Below, piece after piece: positions 1-6,735 of a stretch of DNA of 64,000 bases. Both the position numbers and the translations under genes were made by a program. The DNA is from a virus (taxonomy: Duplodnaviria > Heunggongvirae > Uroviricota > Caudoviricetes). The stretch covers positions 64,001 through 128,000 of IMG/VR virus record IMGVR_UViG_3300027509_000001, one strand, 5' to 3'. Each line of letters starts with the position of its first letter. Positions within the stretch are counted from its first letter, which is position 1. The notes under the pieces are model-generated. The model saw nothing but the letters and a program-made list of their open reading frames with translations, was not told the origin of the DNA and searched no databases.

Positions 1-811
1 GTACCGGTTTATATAATTTTTCAGTGAATGCTTTTACATCTAACCTGTGAGGTTCGTATAAATTATTCCAATGCATGCCTACATATCTATGAGCACATCC
101 CATACATTTTCCACATGGTAGTTTAGTGTAATCAGTAATATAATGACAACTGACGGTAGAATGAAGCTCGTTAAGTGGATATTCTTGCGATATATACCAA
201 TGTATAATCTCTCCTTTAGTTAACTCTTTAAACGGGCTCGTAATACGAATTCTCTTATCAGTTAAATTAGACAAATGTTTGCTTCCTTCACTAAAAAATA
301 ATTCAGATTTGTCGCCCCATAATTCTTTTACTTCTCCACCTATTGCAGCCATCCAAATTTCTCCTCGATCTGTTATATATTGAGATGCAATAATACTAAG
401 GATCCAGTTCCTACCGGGAAATATTTCTCCCCATTTTTCTTCTCCTGCCTGTTGCTTACTTTTTAAGTAAGAATAATCTTCAAAAATTACTGGAGTTTCA
501 AACTTAAGGTTGTTAATTGCTTCCTTTTCTACCGATGCATATGGATATCCATAATCAATATAAATAGCTTTAACGTTATCAAATTTTGTTAGAGCATATT
601 TATACGCGATATAGCTATCTATGCCTCCAGACATTAGTACTACAACTTCATAATCTTTTTTCGGTAAAAATATTGGTGCTTCTGGATGATTATAAGAATA
701 ATATATTAGATCATTTAATTCGGGAAACGAAGAATCTGACATTTCTCCTTTGTAATAAGATGCTTGAATGTCCAAGGCGTCAAATAATACTTTTCTTGTT
801 TTAGAATTCAT
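1..811 (-). CDS. queC: QueC-family 7-cyano-7-deazaguanine synthase-like protein (3' end runs off the window)
   Basis: Not in the ORF track; translated by hand from ATG at 811: MNSKTRKVLF...VVVLMSGGIDSYIAY...IYIDYGYPYASVEKEA...EIFPGRNWIL...SPFKELTK...TVSCHY...KPCGKCMGCAHR. Has the SGGxDS PP-loop, PGRN motif and C-terminal Zn Cys cluster of QueC. Confidence 0.85.
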   Translation of the reverse strand, partial: MNSKTRKVLFDALDIQASYYKGEMSDSSFPELNDLIYYSYNHPEAPIFLPKKDYEVVVLMSGGIDSYIAYKYALTKFDNVKAIYIDYGYPYASVEKEAINNLKFETPVIFEDYSYLKSKQQAGEEKWGEIFPGRNWILSIIASQYITDRGEIWMAAIGGEVKELWGDKSELFFSEGSKHLSNLTDKRIRITSPFKELTKGEIIHWYISQEYPLNELHSTVSCHYITDYTKLPCGKCMGCAHRYVGMHWNNLYEPHRLDVKAFTEKLYKPV

Positions 812-1178
812 GTCGTACGTTTTCTTTTTCAGTTAATTCGTGATTAATATGGACAACTTCTACCCACGGACACGCTTTGTTGATTTCTAATATTTGAATT
901 GGGTCATCTTCAAAAAATCTTTTGACTTCTATTCCCATCCCAAATAGAGTTTTTATAGTTCTAGCCTTATGCTCTCCGGACGATTTTCTCGTTTTTTTAA
1001 AAAATGGTCGTGAATTAAAGAAGATTTGGTTATGTATTCCTCTTGACTCTAAATATTTTAATGTTTCTGGCATTTCTTCATATGATCTGCCTGTAATAAT
1101 TACCGCATTGTTAGGAGGATTTATCCCGACGGTAATTACACCGTCGCAATCATATCCATGAATTATCCTTCGCTCCAT
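801..1178 (-). CDS. Small cap-less HAD-superfamily phosphatase
   Basis: YDCDGVI (DxDG motif I), IITGR (motif II), HKA, FFEDD (motif IV); overlaps ino1 stop by 1 bp and queC start by 11 bp. Confidence 0.75.
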   Translation of the reverse strand: MERRIIHGYDCDGVITVGINPPNNAVIITGRSYEEMPETLKYLESRGIHNQIFFNSRPFFKKTRKSSGEHKARTIKTLFGMGIEVKRFFEDDPIQILEINKACPWVEVVHINHELTEKENVRHEF

Positions 1179-2302
1179 TAATTTATTTTTTGTTCTACTG
1201 TAATATCTGTTAACTGCCTATTAGCTAAGGATTCGCATTCAGATTTTGCATCCATTGAAGACATTTGCAATGGCGGAGTTTTCTGCGTCCATGCTGACGG
1301 TCCTCTTAAGGATCCAACTATACCCATCTCTTGAGCAGTTTTCAAATATCTAATTGCATCAATAACCACTCCTGCCGAATTTGGAGAATCTTGTACACTT
1401 AATTTAGCGTCTAGAGTTACTGGCGCACCTCCGAATCCTTCCATTTCAATTCTAAAATTAGCAATTTTATTATCTTTATAATATGCAATGTAATCACTTG
1501 GTCCAGCGAATAAAAATGCTTCGTCTTTAATGTCGTGAATATCGTTCTGCGATCTAATTACATTTTCTTTACTAATCTTCTTTGATTGCAATCTGTCATT
1601 GTCAGTCATATTTAAGAAATCTGTGTTTCCACCAAAATTCTGTTGAATATGACAATTAACTTTATGGCCTCTCGAAAATGCTAATTCTTGCAGTACCTGT
1701 GATAAGATACTTGCTCCAAACTGAGATTTCATATCGTCACCAATAAGTGGTATACCAGCTTCAATAAACCGCTTTTCCCAAACTGGATTAGATGCAATAA
1801 ATACTGGTATACAGTTTAAGAACGGTATCTTCAATTCAATACATAATTCTGCATAGAATTCGGTTGCCTTTTGCGAACCTACTGGTAAATAATTAATTAA
1901 CATGTCTGGTTGGGCTTTTCTTATTGCCTCTTTTACTGCAATAGATAAGGCTGGATGATCTTCAGCTGCCCTAAATGCTTCATCTTCTGGATAATTTGCC
2001 ATTACGTCAGTTATACCATCCAATCTAGGACCTTGCACTACTTTAAAATCCCATGGTAAGTCTTTTTGAAATACCATTGTACAATTAGGCTTGGCCCAAA
2101 TTGCTTCATTTACTGGCTTATTAACTTTTCTCGAATCAACATCAATTGCTAATACTGGCTCTATGTCTGTCATTGTGTAACCACCTATATCTGGTGACAT
2201 GATACCTTCTGGTGAAGGATTGTGTTTGTAGTATTCAATGCCTTGCAATAATGACGATGCACAATTACCTAAGCCAATGATACCAATTCTAATTTTTTTC
2301 AT
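1178..2302 (-). CDS. ino1: Myo-inositol-1-phosphate synthase (bacterial/archaeal type)
   Basis: IGIIGLGNCASSLLQG Rossmann start, LINYLPVGSQKAT, FLNCIPVFIAS, IGDDMKSQFGA, GGNTDFLNM, KKISK, DSPNSAGVVIDAIR are characteristic MIPS motifs. Confidence 0.95.
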   Translation of the reverse strand: MKKIRIGIIGLGNCASSLLQGIEYYKHNPSPEGIMSPDIGGYTMTDIEPVLAIDVDSRKVNKPVNEAIWAKPNCTMVFQKDLPWDFKVVQGPRLDGITDVMANYPEDEAFRAAEDHPALSIAVKEAIRKAQPDMLINYLPVGSQKATEFYAELCIELKIPFLNCIPVFIASNPVWEKRFIEAGIPLIGDDMKSQFGASILSQVLQELAFSRGHKVNCHIQQNFGGNTDFLNMTDNDRLQSKKISKENVIRSQNDIHDIKDEAFLFAGPSDYIAYYKDNKIANFRIEMEGFGGAPVTLDAKLSVQDSPNSAGVVIDAIRYLKTAQEMGIVGSLRGPSAWTQKTPPLQMSSMDAKSECESLANRQLTDITVEQKIN

Positions 2303-2363
2303 AAAATTCTTAAATTTATTGATGGTCGGGTATTTTTACGTATAGCCGTTAATACGATTTAAT

Positions 2364-2993
2364 TTATTTCAAATTGTTTATGCAATTAAAAAATTCGTTT
2401 CTAGTGTCAATATTCTCCTTGAATCCCCCAGACAATTTAGATGTCATCATTGTGGAGTTATGCTTTATGCCTCTCACACATGCACACAAATGGTTGGCGG
2501 ATATTTTTACTGCTACTCCACCATTCCCTTCGCAAATATCGTTTATATAATTGTGTATTTGCATCGTAAGATTTTCTTGGACTTGTGGCCTTCGAGCGAA
2601 GTAATCTACAACTCTATTTAATTTAGATAATCCAATTACCTTTTTTCCTGGTAAATACGCAACATGAGCATGTCCTAAAAAAGAGAGGTGATGGTGAGAA
2701 CAGAAAGAGTGTACTGTGATTTTTCCTTGAAAGACCATGCCGTCGTAGCCATCTAGATTATCAAATGCTGTAATTTTTGGGGGTTCGTTATAACACCCCT
2801 TTGCCAAATCGTTAACAAATGATTTTGCTACCCTTCTTGGTGTATCTGATGAATTTGGGTCGTCTCGCCAATTAATTTTCAAAGCATCCATAAAACCTTC
2901 ATAGGCTTTTGCTGCTTCTTTTATCATTTTGGCTTGATCATCTTTAGAAAGGATTATATTGGAATTAGCGTATTCTAATAGTTTATTAGACAT
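2364..2993 (-). CDS. folE: GTP cyclohydrolase I (type IA)
   Basis: DTPRRVAK, SFCSHHHLSF, VIGLSKLNRVVDYFARRPQVQENLT, HLCACVRG; start moved to ATG at 2993 (MSNKLLEY) because the track's longer start overlaps the promoter. Confidence 0.95.
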   Translation of the reverse strand: MSNKLLEYANSNIILSKDDQAKMIKEAAKAYEGFMDALKINWRDDPNSSDTPRRVAKSFVNDLAKGCYNEPPKITAFDNLDGYDGMVFQGKITVHSFCSHHHLSFLGHAHVAYLPGKKVIGLSKLNRVVDYFARRPQVQENLTMQIHNYINDICEGNGGVAVKISANHLCACVRGIKHNSTMMTSKLSGGFKENIDTRNEFFNCINNLK

Positions 2994-3013
2994 ATAGTTA
3001 TTTTTGTTGATTA

Positions 3014-3045
3014 TAAATATAATAAAAATATTTGACAATACCAAA
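3014..3045 (-). promoter_or_regulatory. Bacteroidota sigma70-type promoter upstream of folE-ino1-HAD-queC
   Basis: Minus strand TTTG-N20-TATATTTA; it also overlaps a TATTTATA element (3012-3019). Confidence 0.6.
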
Positions 3046-3047
3046 TA

Positions 3048-3521
3048 TTACACATTATTTAATTCAGATAATTTCATGTTTTCAATAAATTCAGATATGT
3101 TAGGTATTACTTCTCTTCCATATCTATAATAGCCTTGCCCAGGTTGCCCCTTTAATCGTGTTGTTAGCCTACTTTCTATTCTAGCTCTAATTAGTTCACT
3201 GTCTGCATTAGATGGGCTCCAATCATTTAAATAAGACTGTGGGGCTGCTTCTAATACATCATCTAGAGATGTACCAGGATTAAATCCACGTCTAGTCATT
3301 TCTGTATTAACTTCTTTCAATCTTTTGCTTAAATAGATTAATTTATTTTTAAAGAAAGTCATGTGTCCTTTGCCAGTAGGGAAAACTTTAGGTATATCAC
3401 TTTTAATTTGCCAGTTATGTTGTTTTAACTGCCCGGTAATCATTGTTATTTCAACAGATTCTGCAATAAGATGCTGATCAGCTAAAAATTGGGGATGTAT
3501 TCCTACGTTTACGCGAGCCAT
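3048..3521 (-). CDS. denV: Pyrimidine-dimer DNA glycosylase/AP lyase (T4 endonuclease V family)
   Basis: MARVNVG...LADQHLIAESVE matches T4 DenV MTRIN...LADQHLMAEYRE, including the catalytic Glu; GKGHMTFFKNKL..L.KR...V..EM..RGF. Confidence 0.9.
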   Translation of the reverse strand: MARVNVGIHPQFLADQHLIAESVEITMITGQLKQHNWQIKSDIPKVFPTGKGHMTFFKNKLIYLSKRLKEVNTEMTRRGFNPGTSLDDVLEAAPQSYLNDWSPSNADSELIRARIESRLTTRLKGQPGQGYYRYGREVIPNISEFIENMKLSELNNV

Positions 3522-3523
3522 AA

Positions 3524-3700
3524 TTAAATTTTGTCTAGATTATAATTTTTAAGTAAAGCTCTTCGTTTCTTCCCGTAAAATTTCTTAAAAAATCTTTTGC
3601 TTTTCCCAATAAAATTTTTATCAGTACTAAAGGAACCAGACATTTTGTCTGCTCTGCTAGTAGAACTTTCACTATGATGATTATTTAAATGCTTTGCCAT
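3524..3700 (-). CDS. Small basic hypothetical protein (58 aa, below the ORF-track cutoff)
   Basis: MAKHLNNHHSESSTSRADKMSGSFSTDKNFIGKSKRFFKKFYGKKRRALLKNYNLDKI; fills the gap exactly, stop 2 bp before denV start, has its own promoter. Confidence 0.7.
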   Translation of the reverse strand: MAKHLNNHHSESSTSRADKMSGSFSTDKNFIGKSKRFFKKFYGKKRRALLKNYNLDKI

Positions 3701-3717
3701 TTTGCTAATTTATATCC

Positions 3718-3748
3718 GTAATATAAAAGAAAGTTTTCTCTTTTCAAA
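3718..3748 (-). promoter_or_regulatory. Host-type promoter
   Basis: Minus strand TTTG-N19-TATATTAC, 17 bp before the ATG at 3700. Confidence 0.5.
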
Positions 3749-3750
3749 AT

Positions 3751-4254
3751 TTAGAGTATAAAATTAATCATATTTTTAACAAATCGTCTCCACACTTTCT
3801 TATCTTCTCGAGTTTCTCCATATTCATAAAAACTTTCAAAATATATTAAAAATGAATCCGATTCATATGGAGATGGATGAATATTATTATTATTTAAATT
3901 TCGCAATTTGTTGATAATTGCCGCATCAGTATATCCTATGTTTCTGAACTCGGCAACTGCCTCTGATGCAAACGCCTGTATTTCCATTTTATCAATTAAA
4001 TATCCTCTTTCACTATTATGTTTCCACTTAGCTTTATTCAATATAGATGTTGCACCATATCGACCAACCTTTGCTCTTAATTTTGCGAATTGTATTACAT
4101 GCACCATTTCATGGTTTAGTAGCTTTTTAATGACATTGAGAAATGTATTATAAATTTCTTCATCTACTGCAATTTCATAGAAATAATCCAAATAATGAAA
4201 ACTAATAGATCCATCAATTGATGTTGACGCTGACGAGATGCCTACTTGTTGTTG
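3751..4254 (-). CDS. HExxH zincin-like putative metallopeptidase; reading frame open from 4254 but no ATG (5' end probably lost)
   Basis: [10 protein letters not shown] plus downstream EIQAFASE; the frame extends upstream of the track's TTG as [22 protein letters not shown] up to a TAG at 4255-4257. Confidence 0.55.
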   Translation of the reverse strand, partial: QQQVGISSASTSIDGSISFHYLDYFYEIAVDEEIYNTFLNVIKKLLNHEMVHVIQFAKLRAKVGRYGATSILNKAKWKHNSERGYLIDKMEIQAFASEAVAEFRNIGYTDAAIINKLRNLNNNNIHPSPYESDSFLIYFESFYEYGETREDKKVWRRFVKNMINFIL

Positions 4255-4360
4255 CTACATCTTCAATCTTTACGTTATTCCAAGTCCCGCTGGACCCTCG
4301 AAATGTTTCAATGCCAGATTCCTTTGATGTTCCAGCACCTGATAAAACTACTATTTTCAT
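4214..4360 (-). pseudogene. Truncated Sir2/CobB sirtuin (N-terminal 38 aa only)
   Basis: [37 protein letters not shown] is the sirtuin GAGxSxxSGIxTFR NAD-binding loop; homology stops abruptly and a stop follows within about 11 codons. Confidence 0.75.
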
Positions 4361-4362
4361 GA

Positions 4363-4689
4363 TTATGTATTTTTGGTAAAATTTGAAATAATTTCTTGGC
4401 ATGCATCTTTAAATGCATTTTTATTGAAAGGATTTCCCATTTCCCCCAAATATTTCCTAGGGGATAATTTCCGAAAATTCATACAGTTCTTCCTAAAATT
4501 TTTAGTTCTTAAATTTAAACCAAATAACCTAACATGATCTGGTTTATTTTTATTCTCTTCTAGGGAATTCATATGCCCTTCAACAAAATGATTATGTGCA
4601 GACAATGCTAAGAGTGCTAAATAACATTCTTCATGAGTTGGTATTATACCATCTTTAGCATCAACTATTATATCAATATATCTTCTCAT
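4363..4689 (-). CDS. Hypothetical protein
   Basis: 108 aa ORF closely packed between its neighbours. Confidence 0.65.
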   Translation of the reverse strand: MRRYIDIIVDAKDGIIPTHEECYLALLALSAHNHFVEGHMNSLEENKNKPDHVRLFGLNLRTKNFRKNCMNFRKLSPRKYLGEMGNPFNKNAFKDACQEIISNFTKNT

Positions 4690-4692
4690 AAC

Positions 4693-5115
4693 TTAAAAGT
4701 TTGTTTCTATTCTACCTGAAGGGTATATAATTATCAATTTTTTAGATTGTTTTTTTGCCTTTCTTAATGTCGCCCAAGTCCCACTTCTTAATAATTCAGA
4801 TTCTGTATTTGGTAATCCAATTAATATTTCACATTCGTCGATAATGTCTTGGTTTCTAACCATAAAAGGTTTGGCGTCATATTCAATATCAACTTTAAAA
4901 GAATTTGCTTGATTTGTAGAACCTGGTCTCCCTATTGTCTTATAACCCAAATCTCTAGCCATATTATTTGCCGTTTCATCTGCGCCACTACACATACCAG
5001 TTACCAACCATTTAAAATCTTCAGTTTCATAAAAATTAATTAACAATTCTTTTAACTCTTTTACCTGTTTTATTGTTAAAGATTTTCGCGTACCAGTTAT
5101 TCCTAATGTTTTCAT
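4693..5115 (-). CDS. SLOG-superfamily (DprA/YspA-like) nucleotide-binding protein
   Basis: LGITGTR, LVTGMCSGADETA, RNQDII, SGTWAT motifs. Confidence 0.75.
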   Translation of the reverse strand: MKTLGITGTRKSLTIKQVKELKELLINFYETEDFKWLVTGMCSGADETANNMARDLGYKTIGRPGSTNQANSFKVDIEYDAKPFMVRNQDIIDECEILIGLPNTESELLRSGTWATLRKAKKQSKKLIIIYPSGRIETNF

Positions 5116-5131
5116 AAAGTGTATTTAATTA

Positions 5132-5163
5132 CAAATATAACATTTTAAATTAGAAAAAGCAAA
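5132..5163 (-). promoter_or_regulatory. Bacteroidota sigma70-type promoter (perfect consensus)
   Basis: Minus strand TTTG-N20-TATATTTG, 16 bp upstream of the ATG at 5115. Confidence 0.7.
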
Positions 5164-5165
5164 TT

Positions 5166-5396
5166 TTAAATAACAATATCATAAGTTTCTAATATTTGGC
5201 CTGCTGTTAATATTTTATGATGAGTAAAATGAGGGTCTTCATATATAACATGATACTCTTCTGGACTAATTGAATGCCCTGTCGACCTTATCATTATAAT
5301 AAATGAATTGTCTTCTGGAGAAAAATAATCAAATTTAATTTGATTTCTTTTTGTTAATTGCGGTCTATACAATCTTTGCGAAATTTCATCTGTCAT
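5166..5396 (-). CDS. Hypothetical protein
   Basis: 76 aa ORF, co-oriented and tightly packed. Confidence 0.6.
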   Translation of the reverse strand: MTDEISQRLYRPQLTKRNQIKFDYFSPEDNSFIIMIRSTGHSISPEEYHVIYEDPHFTHHKILTAGQILETYDIVI

Positions 5397-5399
5397 TAT

Positions 5400-5687
5400 C
5401 TATCTATTATAATATTGCCACATAACACAATTGCATCTGGCATGAACTGCTCCTTCTGTTAATCCAGTAGAGTGATCATGCTGCAAATGAATTGGGTATT
5501 TAAGCATATTTGGTGGAAAAAGATTTAAATTAATTTCTGTACTTTGAATGTTAATTGGTGGTGGTAATTTTAATGATTCTTTACACCAAAAGCAATTACC
5601 ATCTTGTAATTTAATGTATTCTTCTCTAACTCGTATTTTTTGCAATCGAGTTAATTTATTATATATTGCTGGAAGTGTTACAGACAT
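5400..5687 (-). CDS. Endonuclease VII-like HNH/Zn nuclease
   Basis: QDGNCFWC...HLQHDHSTGLTEGAVHARCN matches the Endonuclease_7 pattern (CxxC, HDH, GxxxxxCN). Confidence 0.8.
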   Translation of the reverse strand: MSVTLPAIYNKLTRLQKIRVREEYIKLQDGNCFWCKESLKLPPPINIQSTEINLNLFPPNMLKYPIHLQHDHSTGLTEGAVHARCNCVMWQYYNR

Positions 5688-5944
5688 AATCTTAATGATT
5701 CTATATATTTCGGAGTATTAAATTTCTTTTTTAGCTTAAAATTATTTTCTACCAATTCGACGTAAGTATTACCAGTTACCAATTCACTTTCTGGATTTGG
5801 TATTTCCGCAAAATAAGTAAGTGCTAAAAATGTATCTTGGAATTGGATTTCCCGTATAACTTTAATACTATTACCATCAAATTTATTTATATATAAAATT
5901 CCCCTAGTTTCAGTATTAATTGTTTCCCCCAATAACGTTTTCAT
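5678..5944 (-). CDS. Hypothetical protein
   Basis: 88 aa ORF preceded by TATTTATA element. Confidence 0.6.
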   Translation of the reverse strand: MKTLLGETINTETRGILYINKFDGNSIKVIREIQFQDTFLALTYFAEIPNPESELVTGNTYVELVENNFKLKKKFNTPKYIESLRLCL

Positions 5945-5948
5945 TCCT

Positions 5949-6431
5949 TTATTTTTTGTTTATAAATAACGTGTCTCCAAATTCAAATATAAATTGATCT
6001 GTTGCTTTGATTTCGATTGCAAAGGCAAATACTCTAGAATTAATATACTTGTCACATACTCCATTATTATTGAATACGCCTTTATATGTTTCTCTTCCTT
6101 GCAAAAAATGATAAGTATTAATACTATCCATTTCAATTGAATCCATTACGTAAAATGCGTTTCCTATTTCTGGTTCAATTCCTAATGTCAATGTATCTGT
6201 TACTGTCAGAGAATCACAATCATATAAAAATTTTAAATTGCAATTCTTTACTCCGTTGTCTGCATAAAAATACCAACAAACATCATTTTCCATTGGTGCA
6301 AAGTCATCGTATACCCAATAATAAGTAGACAAGGCTTCTGTTTGAGTAGGTGGTGCCACTCTAGCTTGTGGTGTATCATTAGTGCATGAATTCAATACAA
6401 ATGCTAATAATATTATAATAAAATATCTCAT
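5949..6431 (-). CDS. Putative lipoprotein
   Basis: From ATG at 6431: MRYFIIILLAFVLNS-C, a hydrophobic stretch ending in a lipobox-like Cys. Confidence 0.6.
   Translation of the reverse strand: MRYFIIILLAFVLNSCTNDTPQARVAPPTQTEALSTYYWVYDDFAPMENDVCWYFYADNGVKNCNLKFLYDCDSLTVTDTLTLGIEPEIGNAFYVMDSIEMDSINTYHFLQGRETYKGVFNNNGVCDKYINSRVFAFAIEIKATDQFIFEFGDTLFINKK
5961..5968 (-). promoter_or_regulatory. Putative late promoter element TATTTATA
   Basis: Same octamer recurs upstream of several minus-strand genes. Confidence 0.4.
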
Positions 6432-6488
6432 AATTAAAACCCTTTTATTTATAAGTATCAAATTATTGCCAAAGTTCACCGTAATGAT

Positions 6489-6722
6489 TTACGACTGAGT
6501 CTTCTCTTCTGAAGTAATTGGTCTCCAGGCACCAAAATCAAATGTAGAAAAATCAAATTGATCTTTTTTTATATCAATATAATCTTCACTAATAACTTCG
6601 CCAGCAATCTCTAACCGAATTACAGAATGAGATCCATTAAAACCATATCCCTCTTCACTAACTGTTAAAGTCATATTTTCTTTTAACCATTTTTTAATTT
6701 CAATTATCTCTGGCTTATCCAT
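6489..6722 (-). CDS. Hypothetical protein
   Basis: 77 aa acidic ORF downstream of queE. Confidence 0.6.
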   Translation of the reverse strand: MDKPEIIEIKKWLKENMTLTVSEEGYGFNGSHSVIRLEIAGEVISEDYIDIKKDQFDFSTFDFGAWRPITSEEKTQS

Positions 6723-6735
6723 ACTGTTTTTTTAA

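Noticed and set aside
586-804. Plus-strand 72 aa ORF in the track
   Set aside because: Antisense shadow of the queC-like gene, which has clear motifs on the minus strand
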